Shown one piece after another: positions 38,916 through 48,543 of a stretch of DNA of 64,000 nucleotides; within the stretch, counting starts at the first letter, position 1; each line of letters begins with the position of its first letter. A program made the translations under genes and the position numbers. The notes beneath the pieces were generated by a model. That model ran no database searches. It had not been told where the DNA came from and saw nothing but the letters and a program-made list of their open reading frames with translations. Source of the DNA: Candidatus Zixiibacteriota bacterium. Lineage in GTDB: Bacteria; Zixibacteria; MSB-5A5; GN15; FEB-12. The stretch lies in assembly GCA_024276275.1 (NCBI GenBank), contig JAJRXM010000006.1, positions 12,907 through 76,906 of the forward strand, in the 5' to 3' direction.

Positions 38916-41198
38916 CTAGGCAGAAGCTGATTCTTCGGTCTGAGGCGGAGTAACTTCGTGCTTGCACTCCGGACAGCGGTGGAATTCACCTTTTGCTTTG
39001 GTAACTTTAAGAACCATAAACGGGTTTTTGCAAGCCGGACAAGCTTCTTTGACTGGCATATCCCAACTGGCAAAATCGCATTTAGGGTATTTTGAACAAC
39101 CGTAAAATAGCCTGCGTCCTTTGGTCTGTTTTTCAACAAGATCGCCGGTGCATCCTTCTTTTGTGCATTTAATACCGAGAGTAACCGGTTTTGTATTTTT
39201 ACAATCAGGATAACCCGAGCAAGCCAAAAATCTGCCAAACCGACCGGTCTTAATAACCATATCGGATCCGCATTTTTCACATTTTTGGTCTGTTTTCGAA
39301 CGGGCTTCTTCTTCAGGTAACGGTTTTGTTGATTTACATTCAGGATATGAGGAGCAAGCCAAGAAACGACCGTTACGACCCCATTTAATAATCATATGGG
39401 AACCGCATTTTTCACATTTTTGGTCGGTCTTTTCTTCCATCGATTCTTTGATCGCTTTTTCTTTACCTTTTAAACCATCAATAGTTTTTATAAAAGGAGT
39501 ATAGAAATCAGAAAGAACTTTTTTCCAATCATCGGTACCGTCTTCAATCAAATCAAGATCTTTTTCCATCTCGGCAGTAAATTTCACATTAATAATATTC
39601 GGGAAATTTTCTACCAAAATTTTACTGACTGTTGTACCGAGTTCCGTCGGATGTAATCGCCGTTCGTTTATTTCAACATATTTGCGGTCTTTTAAAGTAG
39701 AAATAATTGATGCGTACGTTGATGGTCGTCCTATGCCTTCTGCTTCCAGTTCTTTCACAAGCATTGCCTCAGAGAACCGTGCAGGTGGTTTTGTAAATGA
39801 TTGTGTCTTTTCTAATTTCTTAAGTTCAATAGCTTGGTCTTTTGAAAGATTAGGAAGTTTGACAACGTTATCACCGTTTCCGGTATCATCTTCTTCTTTC
39901 TCGATATGATACACTTTTAGAAAACCGTCAAAAGTAATCTTTTGCGAGGAGACTCTAAAGAGGTAATCTCCTGCATCTATATCAACTGAAGTAAGTTTAT
40001 ATTTTGCCGGATTCATTTGAGATGCAACAAAGCGGTTCCATATCAATGAATAGAGTTTTAACTGACGAGGTGTAAGTTTCTTTTTTAAGGCTTCAGGTGA
40101 ATGATCCATATAGGTAGGACGAATAGCTTCATGAGCATCCTGAGCAGCTTTTTTCTTACCGTACGGTATCGGTTTATTAGGTAGATAGTCATCGCCAAAT
40201 TCTTTTTTAATATAATCCCGTACATTTGTCATCGCTTCAACAGAAATACGTGTTGAATCAGTACGCATATAAGTAATCAAACCAACTTGTCCTTCATTAC
40301 CCAATTCAATTCCTTCATATAATTGCTGAGCAATCGACATAGTAACTTTGGCAGTAAAGCCGAATTTCTTAGCAGCTTCCTGTTGAAGTGTCGATGTAAT
40401 AAAAGGAGCGTTTGATTTTTTAGTTTTTGAAGTTTCTTTGATTTCAGAAACAACAAAGTTTTCTTTTTTTATAGCAGTAAGATGTTTTTTAACTTCAGCT
40501 TCTGATTTAATAAAAGTTTTTTTAGCACCTTTTTCATTAGGACTTGATAAAGTTTTATCTTTAATCCGTACTAATCTTGCTACAAACTTTTCATTTTTTT
40601 CAGTTTCAAGATTAGCGGCAATCTGCCAATATTCCTGAGGCTTAAATGCTAATACCGCAACTTCTCTTTCACATATTAAACGGAGAGCCACAGACTGCAC
40701 TCTACCTGCTGAAAGATTACGGGCTACAGTTTTCCATAAAAATGGAGATACTTTGTATCCTACTATACGGTCAAGTACTCGTCGTGCCTGTTGAGCATTC
40801 ACAAGATTCATATTGATTGTACGAGGATTGTTGATAGCTTCTGTTACAGCTGATTTTGTAATTTCATTAAATGTAACTCGAACAATTTCAGCCTTAGTAC
40901 CTTGGATTGCTGTGGCAACATGCCAGGCGATAGCTTCACCTTCACGATCCGGATCGGGTGCCAGAAACACTTTGTCAGCTTTTTTACATGCTTTTTTTAG
41001 TTCGTTGAGGATTTTTTCTTTGCCTTTAATCGCTGTATAATCTATTTCAAAATTATTTTCAGGGTCAACCCCAAGTTTGGATTTTGGCAAATCCATTAAA
41101 TGTCCAATGGTCGCTTTAATATCAAAATCTTTACCTAAAAAGCGGGCAAGAGTTTTTGTCTTTGCAGGGGACTCAACAATAAGAAGATTTTTTGCCAT
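38916..41198 (-). CDS. topA: DNA topoisomerase I
   Basis: IVESPAK, DPDREGEAI, SAGRVQS, LITYMRTDS, C-terminal zinc ribbons. Confidence 0.98.
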   Translation of the reverse strand: MAKNLLIVESPAKTKTLARFLGKDFDIKATIGHLMDLPKSKLGVDPENNFEIDYTAIKGKEKILNELKKACKKADKVFLAPDPDREGEAIAWHVATAIQGTKAEIVRVTFNEITKSAVTEAINNPRTINMNLVNAQQARRVLDRIVGYKVSPFLWKTVARNLSAGRVQSVALRLICEREVAVLAFKPQEYWQIAANLETEKNEKFVARLVRIKDKTLSSPNEKGAKKTFIKSEAEVKKHLTAIKKENFVVSEIKETSKTKKSNAPFITSTLQQEAAKKFGFTAKVTMSIAQQLYEGIELGNEGQVGLITYMRTDSTRISVEAMTNVRDYIKKEFGDDYLPNKPIPYGKKKAAQDAHEAIRPTYMDHSPEALKKKLTPRQLKLYSLIWNRFVASQMNPAKYKLTSVDIDAGDYLFRVSSQKITFDGFLKVYHIEKEEDDTGNGDNVVKLPNLSKDQAIELKKLEKTQSFTKPPARFSEAMLVKELEAEGIGRPSTYASIISTLKDRKYVEINERRLHPTELGTTVSKILVENFPNIINVKFTAEMEKDLDLIEDGTDDWKKVLSDFYTPFIKTIDGLKGKEKAIKESMEEKTDQKCEKCGSHMIIKWGRNGRFLACSSYPECKSTKPLPEEEARSKTDQKCEKCGSDMVIKTGRFGRFLACSGYPDCKNTKPVTLGIKCTKEGCTGDLVEKQTKGRRLFYGCSKYPKCDFASWDMPVKEACPACKNPFMVLKVTKAKGEFHRCPECKHEVTPPQTEESASA

Positions 41199-41240
41199 TT
41201 TTTTCCTTATAATCTTTCGCAGATAAATCTACTTGTCGTG

Positions 41241-41468
41241 TTATACCGAATCAGGTCTGGTAAACTTCACATTTCCTGCTAATAAATCCCGAAGTGCACA
41301 CATGGTCATCTTACGTGATTCAATTTCTAAGTCCGGGTTTTCTTCCATTTGCTCAAGAGTTTTGAGTCTCAAGTTATTTAAATGTCTTGCGTGTTGTGAT
41401 GCTACAATTATAGCCTCATAACGATTTAGTCCAAATTTTTCAAATTCTTCAATTGGTAGAGAATGCAT
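41241..41468 (-). CDS. rpoZ: RNA polymerase omega subunit
   Basis: NRYEAIIVASQHARHL; follows gmk. Confidence 0.8.
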   Translation of the reverse strand: MHSLPIEEFEKFGLNRYEAIIVASQHARHLNNLRLKTLEQMEENPDLEIESRKMTMCALRDLLAGNVKFTRPDSV

Positions 41469-41492
41469 ACTGCCTCCAGTGATTTATTATAT

Positions 41493-42113
41493 TTAAACGC
41501 CTATTTTCTTAATTTGTTCCGCACTCATTTTATCGGTCCGACAATGATGACACTGTATAATTGCCAGAACTTCCGACACTGCTGTCTTTAGCTCATTATT
41601 GACGACGGCATAGTCAAATTTGTTGAATAATTTCATTTCATCTCTTGCATTTTTAAATCTCACTGCAAGTTGTTTTTTTGTTTCGGTACCTCGCTGAATC
41701 AATCTTTTCCGAAGTTCTTTTACCGAGGGAGGAAGAATAAAAATAGTAATCGCTTCGGGATATTCTTTTTTCAATTTTTTGGCACCTTGTACATCAACAT
41801 CCAAAAGCATCACTCCGCCTTTTTGCAGCACTTTCTCCAAAGGTTTACGTGGGGTTCCATAGCTATATAAATGTACTTTAAAATACTCGGCATAATAGTT
41901 CGCAGCAATTTTTTGTTCAAATTCTTTTTCTGTTTTAAAATTGTATTCCCTACCATCTTTTTCACCGGTTCGTATTTGACGAGTAGTATCAGAAAGCGAA
42001 AATTGCCATCCTGCTTTTCTTCTAGTCGGTGATAGCAGTTTTCGACAAATTGAAGTTTTCCCGCCGCCGGATGGTGATGATATGATAACTATTTTTCCTT
42101 TATGAGCACTCAT
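41493..42113 (-). CDS. gmk: Guanylate kinase
   Basis: SSPSGGGKTS, TTR..R.GE.DGREY, YGTP, LDVDVQG, FILPPS. Confidence 0.97.
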   Translation of the reverse strand: MSAHKGKIVIISSPSGGGKTSICRKLLSPTRRKAGWQFSLSDTTRQIRTGEKDGREYNFKTEKEFEQKIAANYYAEYFKVHLYSYGTPRKPLEKVLQKGGVMLLDVDVQGAKKLKKEYPEAITIFILPPSVKELRKRLIQRGTETKKQLAVRFKNARDEMKLFNKFDYAVVNNELKTAVSEVLAIIQCHHCRTDKMSAEQIKKIGV

Positions 42114-42116
42114 CTA

Positions 42117-42992
42117 TTATTCAATATTCTGTACTTGTTCACGTAATTTTTCGATCTCTTCTTTCATTTGAATAACTGTAGATGAGATAGAAATATCAGA
42201 ACATTTAGATGCTATCGTATTTACTTCACGGTTTAGTTCTTGTAAGATAAAATTCATTTTTTTTCCAACCGGATTTTTATCTTCCAATGCCGACTTATAT
42301 TGTTTCAAGTGCGAATATGTACGGATGCACTCTTCGGCAATATCAGTTCTTTCGGCTAAAATTGCAATCTCTTCTTCAATGCGAACTGAGTTATCATGTG
42401 AGTCTTTTAATATATCTTGCAGTTTCTGAGTTACTTTTTCACGTCGACTGTTTACACACTGTGCCGAGAGTTTCTCTATTTCTTTGATGTTTGTAGAAAG
42501 TATCTTGAGTCTCTTTTTCATGTCATTCTTTAACTCTTGTCCCTCTTTTTTACGCATCACTATTAATTCTGCCAATGCTTTCCGAAGAGTCTTTTCTAAT
42601 GCTGCCCAGATTGCTTTTTCATCAAAAGTAGCAGTTTCCGGTTTGGTGATTTCAGGAATTAAAAGAAGGTCATGTATTGTAATCTCGGATGTAATCTTCA
42701 ATTCTTTTTTCAATTTAGTCAACTGATTAAAAAGTACTTTTGACAAATCTTTATTTATATAATTTTTTGATGAATCATCAATTTTTTCTTCAAATGAAAT
42801 ATATAGATTTATTTTCCCTCTGCTGATCATTTGGGAAATAACATCTTTAATTTTAGGGTCAAACCCAAAAAATGATCTTGGTGTTCTGGGAGATATTTCA
42901 AGGTATCTGTTATTTACAGAAGAAATTTCTACTCTTATTTTACCTAATTTTGTCTTTAATTCCGCTTTACCAAATCCGGTCATCGAATTCAT
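42117..42992 (-). CDS. yicC: YicC/YloC family endoribonuclease
   Basis: SMTGFG, SVNNRYLE, QELNREVNTIASK, LREQVQNIE. Confidence 0.95.
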   Translation of the reverse strand: MNSMTGFGKAELKTKLGKIRVEISSVNNRYLEISPRTPRSFFGFDPKIKDVISQMISRGKINLYISFEEKIDDSSKNYINKDLSKVLFNQLTKLKKELKITSEITIHDLLLIPEITKPETATFDEKAIWAALEKTLRKALAELIVMRKKEGQELKNDMKKRLKILSTNIKEIEKLSAQCVNSRREKVTQKLQDILKDSHDNSVRIEEEIAILAERTDIAEECIRTYSHLKQYKSALEDKNPVGKKMNFILQELNREVNTIASKCSDISISSTVIQMKEEIEKLREQVQNIE

Positions 42993-43052
42993 ATATTGTT
43001 ATCCTCAATTAATAGGCTGAAAAATAGAAATAAACGGCGAATTGTCAACAAA

Positions 43053-43772
43053 TTATTCAGTTTCGCTCAATTTAACCTTTGTTTTTGTATAAATTCTTGA
43101 TTTTAGAGGGTCAATCATCACCCCGACAGGAGTTTTATGATAAACAGGGGTTGATATATGAGACATACGGTGAGTACTTTTTTGAATCCGAAGAGCTGAT
43201 TTTTGAATTGTTTTAATCTTTTTTATCAAATCTTTATCAATTCCCAACTGATCATCCAGAATAAGTTCTGTAATACCCAAAATAGTCATAAGTGGATTAT
43301 TAATTTCATGTGAAAGAGTTCTGGATGTCAACTTTAGAAGTTCCGATTGCTTACTGTTCCTTTTTGATGACTGTACTTCTCTAGACTTAACCTCTCGAGA
43401 TAAAACTTCTTTTAGAAGCTGTGGTACTACGACATAAAAAGTCTCGTTCTTTTGTAATAATTCAGTTACTCCAATCTCAAGCATTTCCTTTGAGAATTTA
43501 TCGGAAGTATCGTCCACAAATGCAATTATCGGCATATCAGTGTTAGCAAAGTGAAGGTGATGAACATTACAAATATCTTCTTGTTCGCTAGAATTAATAT
43601 CAACTAATACAGCTTGTATTAATTCTGAAGCTATAACTTTGATTGCCTCTGATTTAGTTTGTACAGAAATTATATTATACTCAGGTAATCGTAACTGTAT
43701 CTCTTTTATTAGCAATAATTCATGAAAGTTATTTTGAACAAATAAGAGAATGTTTATTTTTTTTATTTTCAT
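43053..43772 (-). CDS. Atypical receiver domain plus HisKA (DHp) protein without HATPase domain
   Basis: REC-like N-terminus (VLVD), then LSHEINNPLMTILG; protein ends without N/G boxes. Confidence 0.75.
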   Translation of the reverse strand: MKIKKINILLFVQNNFHELLLIKEIQLRLPEYNIISVQTKSEAIKVIASELIQAVLVDINSSEQEDICNVHHLHFANTDMPIIAFVDDTSDKFSKEMLEIGVTELLQKNETFYVVVPQLLKEVLSREVKSREVQSSKRNSKQSELLKLTSRTLSHEINNPLMTILGITELILDDQLGIDKDLIKKIKTIQKSALRIQKSTHRMSHISTPVYHKTPVGVMIDPLKSRIYTKTKVKLSETE

Positions 43773-43809
43773 AATTCTGAGCCATATAAATATATGTATT
43801 CTATATATA

Positions 43810-43836
43810 GTATCGGCCGAGTACGCACGAACTACA
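43810..43836 (-). promoter_or_regulatory. Possible sigma28 promoter for the REC-HisKA gene
   Basis: Minus strand reads TGTAG-N14-GCCGATAC (good -10, weak -35). Confidence 0.5.
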
Positions 43837-43894
43837 CACTGCGGGCTAACCGCATTGAATTCACTGACTTAACGAGGATTAGAGATTACTGTTT

Positions 43895-45091
43895 TTAGAC
43901 AAGAACAAAGCAGGCGGAACGGTCTGTTTCTTTATCGCCTATTTTTAACACAGTCAATTTTTTAACTTTGGTTTTGCTTAAAAATAACTCAAACTGTTTA
44001 TCGGAGGATTGTGATGGGTCAAACGGTGAATTGACATAATCTGAAATTGAATCTATTAGATTTTTTTTGTTATGTTTTGTTAATGATTTAAAAAGATTAA
44101 AATAACTACCGTTTAAAATATTTTCAGAGAAATATTCTCTCATAGATGGATTATAACCGATTATATCTCCTTCAGGATTTGTTAAAAAAGCAGGGATATT
44201 AATAGATTCTAAAAAACCGATTGTAAACTTTATATCGACTGAATCTTCAGCAGAGCCGTATTCGTTTTGCAAAGTTAGAATTTTTTCAACTACTGATGAT
44301 GCTAAAAGAAGTTTCTTATAAATTTTTTCAAGTCGGGTGATATTATACGTCGACGGATAATTCATCCGCATCAGACATCTGAAGCCGTCTGAGATAATTA
44401 ACGGCAAAAGAAATTCGTTCGGAGCTTTTTGATATTTTTCAATTGCTAAACTGACATCTTTGTCATTGAGAAATGAATATCTCTTTCCGGATTCAGCATA
44501 ATCAAAATGAATTTGAGATGTTTCGGTCAAAGTTTTTTCTATGATATTTTCAATATTTGAACCTTCTGATGTAGCTACCAACTCAAGTTGATTTTCATTG
44601 GATAAATACATTGCGGTACTGTCAGCATTTGATAGTTCATGAAAAAATTTGATTAAAATATTTGTGTCCGATAAAGTCTCAGTACTTAAAGAAGAAATAA
44701 TATCCAGTATCTCTTTTTCATCAATTGTATCTCTTGAAACAGTTTGCGTAGTTATATTTTCAGTATCAATTATCAATTGAAAATTCACCGGATTTCCGGC
44801 AATAAAATTTAAAGAGGTAACGACTTTGAGACAGAATGATTTATTATTTTTATTAATGAAATGCAGTATTGTTGTGTCGTAAAATGATTCATAATTGTTT
44901 CTGACATTCAGGATATCATCTAACACTGCAGCAGATTTTTTATCTAAAAAGTCATGGAGGGGTTTACCAAAAAGATTTTCTTTTGAATACCCAAGTAGCT
45001 GCTCTACCAGGTCATCGATAAATACAAATTTTCCTTTTAGGTCAATTTTGCATACCGCACAACGAGTAATAACTTGTTTTGTTTGCGGCAT
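43895..45091 (-). CDS. PAS (plus GAF-like and PAS) sensor protein without output domain
   Basis: IDLKGKFVFI...LLGYSKENLFGKPL; C-terminal PAFLTNPEGDIIGYN. Confidence 0.7.
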   Translation of the reverse strand: MPQTKQVITRCAVCKIDLKGKFVFIDDLVEQLLGYSKENLFGKPLHDFLDKKSAAVLDDILNVRNNYESFYDTTILHFINKNNKSFCLKVVTSLNFIAGNPVNFQLIIDTENITTQTVSRDTIDEKEILDIISSLSTETLSDTNILIKFFHELSNADSTAMYLSNENQLELVATSEGSNIENIIEKTLTETSQIHFDYAESGKRYSFLNDKDVSLAIEKYQKAPNEFLLPLIISDGFRCLMRMNYPSTYNITRLEKIYKKLLLASSVVEKILTLQNEYGSAEDSVDIKFTIGFLESINIPAFLTNPEGDIIGYNPSMREYFSENILNGSYFNLFKSLTKHNKKNLIDSISDYVNSPFDPSQSSDKQFELFLSKTKVKKLTVLKIGDKETDRSACFVLV

Positions 45092-45108
45092 CTTTTTTTC
45101 GACCTCTT

Positions 45109-47085
45109 TTATTTAATCTTTAACACGTTTTGATGAAACTGCTTTCCCCCTGCTGAAACGACAATAACATACACACCGTCAGCAACAACCGCACCTGTTT
45201 GGTTGTCACAATTCCATCTTGCTTCTATTCTATTAATGTCGGCATCGACAGTGTAATTATTGAATAATTCCCATATTTTTTCACCGGAAATCGCATGAAT
45301 TGTTAGTGACTCAAAATTTAATGCATCATAAAAATAGATATTGAGAAAATCAGAACACGGATTTGGACCGACAACTAACTTACTTTGCAGCAATTCTTTG
45401 GAAAATAAGACAAAGTCTGCTGTATCAGCAAAATACCCGACATCTGCAGCAAGCCTTATGAGTTTGGTTGATTTTAAATTAACAGATGAGTTAATATCTA
45501 AATAGCCTGTACCGTCATTATTGTCAGAAAATGATACTCCGAATACTGTATCGATAAGGGTTAAAGTAGGAATTACACCTGTTCGACCTCCGGTTTCAAT
45601 TAAAAACCTATTAACTCCTTCAATGCTTAATACAAGAGAGTACGGTTTCAGAAACCGAATAATATCAGCTGTTTTTAATGCATCAAATAATCCATAACCG
45701 AAGTCATTATCAGGATTTTCATACCTGTCGCCTGATTGTCTAATCAGGTCTCTTAGTTCATCGGCAGTAAGGGTTGAATCATGTTCAATTGCCAATGCGG
45801 CACTACCTGCGACTAACGGTGCCGAAAATGATGTTCCACCGATACCGGTTACATATCCACCCACAAAATTAGGAGCAGATATTGCCGTTCCCAATGCTAC
45901 AATATCTGGTTTAATTCTTCCGTCAGCACTTGGACCCGGAGAAGAAAAACCCGCCAAGCTTGAGTCTAAATTTACTGCTCCTACAGCAATTACTGAATCT
46001 CCATCGGCAGGAGTGACAATATGGTTCCAGTCACTTCCCCGCTCGTTTCCTGCCGAATTGATAACTAGTATATTTTTTGAGGCGGCAATATCGGCCGCAG
46101 TTGTTATTCGAGGAATATCACCGTCTAAATCAGCAAAAGTATATCCGACCGAATCCTGAAATGTTATATACCCTAGAGATGAGCTGATAATATCGGCACC
46201 CTGCTGATCTGCCCATTGAGCAGCTGCAATCCAGTTATCTTCTTCTTGGAAAATTTCTATATTGCCGCAGGTAATTTCTGTTTTTGCCAATAAATACTCG
46301 GCATTATACGCTACACCTATTAATGAATCAGGAACATAGCTTCCTATAACTCCTAAAGTAAAAGTACCGTGACGTAATTGCGATAAAAGCCCTGAGCATT
46401 CGGCTTGGGTTACATCTGAGATATTATCAATAAAATTATATGTATTTATTATATTTAGTGAGTCAAAAGCAGGATGATTAGTATTACATCCTGAATCAAA
46501 CATGGCTATTCGGATACCTCTTCCGCTCAAACCTGAGGCATGCAATTTATCTGCTTTGATAAATCTATTTTGAGAATATGAAAGACCATAAGAAAGTGCT
46601 GATGATTTACTTCGAGAACTTTTTGTTTCAAAGAGAGAATCGTTATCAAATTTTCTTTGAGATGAAAACTTTCGTATTAAATCTATCTCTAGTATAGTTG
46701 AAAACGATGATAAAGAAGATAAATCATTAGCAGAGATATCAACTGTAACAGCGTTTAACCAATACAAAACGTGTCGTATCTCGGCACCTAATTGAATCAG
46801 AGAATCTATAACAGATTGTGAAAAGGTCGAGTCTGAACTAGTAATTAAATTGTTGAATAGATCGACTTTTTTTCTTCTCTGTATAGATTTTTCAGAAAGA
46901 ACTATCGGGATTTTATCAACTTTGTTCACATCAAGAGTCAGCCATAATGAAAGAGTACTGTCAGATGATATTGATAAAGAAGCTATCTTATTTTGTAGTT
47001 CAGGTGTTAATTTATCTATCTGAAATTCAGTCGCCGTGACATTTGTGCTGATAAGAGTTGCGAGTATATAGCAAATAATCCGCAT
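45109..47085 (-). CDS. Secreted S8 (subtilisin-like) serine peptidase with FlgD-Ig/T9SS-like C-terminal domain
   Basis: IAMFDSG, HGT, SAGNE, GTSFSAP; tail PNP...WNCDNQTGAVVADGVY. Start MRIIC at 47085. Confidence 0.9.
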   Translation of the reverse strand: MRIICYILATLISTNVTATEFQIDKLTPELQNKIASLSISSDSTLSLWLTLDVNKVDKIPIVLSEKSIQRRKKVDLFNNLITSSDSTFSQSVIDSLIQLGAEIRHVLYWLNAVTVDISANDLSSLSSFSTILEIDLIRKFSSQRKFDNDSLFETKSSRSKSSALSYGLSYSQNRFIKADKLHASGLSGRGIRIAMFDSGCNTNHPAFDSLNIINTYNFIDNISDVTQAECSGLLSQLRHGTFTLGVIGSYVPDSLIGVAYNAEYLLAKTEITCGNIEIFQEEDNWIAAAQWADQQGADIISSSLGYITFQDSVGYTFADLDGDIPRITTAADIAASKNILVINSAGNERGSDWNHIVTPADGDSVIAVGAVNLDSSLAGFSSPGPSADGRIKPDIVALGTAISAPNFVGGYVTGIGGTSFSAPLVAGSAALAIEHDSTLTADELRDLIRQSGDRYENPDNDFGYGLFDALKTADIIRFLKPYSLVLSIEGVNRFLIETGGRTGVIPTLTLIDTVFGVSFSDNNDGTGYLDINSSVNLKSTKLIRLAADVGYFADTADFVLFSKELLQSKLVVGPNPCSDFLNIYFYDALNFESLTIHAISGEKIWELFNNYTVDADINRIEARWNCDNQTGAVVADGVYVIVVSAGGKQFHQNVLKIK

Positions 47086-47086
47086 A

Positions 47087-47812
47087 TTAGAGAACTTTAG
47101 CCAAAAATTCTTTTGCACGTTCAGTTTTGGGGAAGCTGAAAAAATCAGTCGGATTATTATCTTCCACTATCTTACCCTCATCAAGAAAGACAATACGGTC
47201 GGCTACCTCTTTGGCGAAACCGATTTCATGAGTTACAACAAGCATTGTCATACCTTCAGATGCTAACTGTTTCATAACATCCAACACCTCTCCTATCATC
47301 TCAGGGTCCAAGGCGGAGGTTACCTCATCAAATAACATTATTTTCGGATTCATTGCTAGCGCTCGTGAAATAGCAACTCTTTGTTTTTGTCCGCCTGATA
47401 ACTGCCCGGGAAATACATCTAATTTGTCATCCATCTCTACTTTATTAAGCAGTTCTATAGAAATTTTTCTCGCTTCTTGGTCAGTACGTTTTCTGACAAT
47501 TTTTTGAGCAATGTTTACATTTTCTATGACCGTAAGATGTGGAAATAAATTAAACTGCTGGAAAACCATCCCGACCTCTAAACGAATTTCATGGATTTGG
47601 AGATGCTCTTTATCAATTCGAAACCCGTCAATATTCAATTCGCCCGACTGAATTTCTTCCAACGCATTGAGACATCTTAAAAGTGTCGACTTACCTGAAC
47701 CGGAAGGTCCAAGTATTACTACAACTTCACCGCTGTCTACAGTAAGAGAGACATCTTTGAGTGCCTGAACATTTCCAAAACGACAGGAAATATTTTTTAT
47801 ATCAATTAGCAT
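47087..47812 (-). CDS. Polar amino acid ABC transporter ATP-binding protein (GlnQ-like)
   Basis: [38 protein letters not shown]. Confidence 0.95.
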   Translation of the reverse strand: MLIDIKNISCRFGNVQALKDVSLTVDSGEVVVILGPSGSGKSTLLRCLNALEEIQSGELNIDGFRIDKEHLQIHEIRLEVGMVFQQFNLFPHLTVIENVNIAQKIVRKRTDQEARKISIELLNKVEMDDKLDVFPGQLSGGQKQRVAISRALAMNPKIMLFDEVTSALDPEMIGEVLDVMKQLASEGMTMLVVTHEIGFAKEVADRIVFLDEGKIVEDNNPTDFFSFPKTERAKEFLAKVL

Positions 47813-48488
47813 TCTTTTTAACTCCATAACCGTGTATCGCAAATTTCTTTTCTATCACTTTCACAACCCGTGAAAGTGATATAGTCATTATCAAATATAA
47901 AAGTCCTACAACCAACCATGTATGAAAGTCCAAAAAATTCTGATTAGCATACTCACGTCCTGCTTGAGTAATTTCCCGTAACCCGATTATCATGACTAAA
48001 GATGAATCTTTGAGACAGGCGATAAACTCATTGGCAGCCGGGGGTACTACAATTCGAAAAGATTGCGGAAGAATAATATGCCGCATCGCTTGCCATTTTG
48101 TCATTCCTAACGACATTGCGGCTTCATGTTGTCCATAGTCTATAGCTAAAATTCCTGAACGAAGAATTTCGGCCATATAAGCACCGTAACATACTCCTAT
48201 AGCCAATACACCCGCAACAAAACGGTCGAGGTTGATAATTTTACCTAACCCAAAGTAAAAGAAAAAAATCAACACCAATAACGGAATGCCGCGAAAAACA
48301 TTTATATAGGCACCCGATAATGCTTTGATAAATCTGTTTTGTGATATTCTGCCGAGACCAAAGATAAGGCCAAACAATAAAGCGACAACATAGGCACAGA
48401 CCGAAATCAGAATAGTCCAATGCACTACCTGAATTAGATAGAAAAATATTTTAGATAAAATTGTAAATTGTTCGCTTAACCAATCCAT
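47802..48488 (-). CDS. Polar amino acid ABC transporter permease
   Basis: [30 protein letters not shown]. Confidence 0.95.
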   Translation of the reverse strand: MDWLSEQFTILSKIFFYLIQVVHWTILISVCAYVVALLFGLIFGLGRISQNRFIKALSGAYINVFRGIPLLVLIFFFYFGLGKIINLDRFVAGVLAIGVCYGAYMAEILRSGILAIDYGQHEAAMSLGMTKWQAMRHIILPQSFRIVVPPAANEFIACLKDSSLVMIIGLREITQAGREYANQNFLDFHTWLVVGLLYLIMTISLSRVVKVIEKKFAIHGYGVKKNAN

Positions 48489-48543
48489 AAGAAATTAATG
48501 ATACAACAGAACAAACTGTTTGTCACTCGGTTTTAATATATTT

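Noticed and set aside
38819-39280. 153-aa alternative-frame ORF overlapping the topA 3' end
   Set aside because: Runs through topA and its terminator with no recognisable motifs; likely a shadow ORF.
39265-39430. Duplicated GCATTTTTCACATTTTTGGTC
   Set aside because: Encodes the repeated zinc-ribbon motif DQKCEKCG of TopA.
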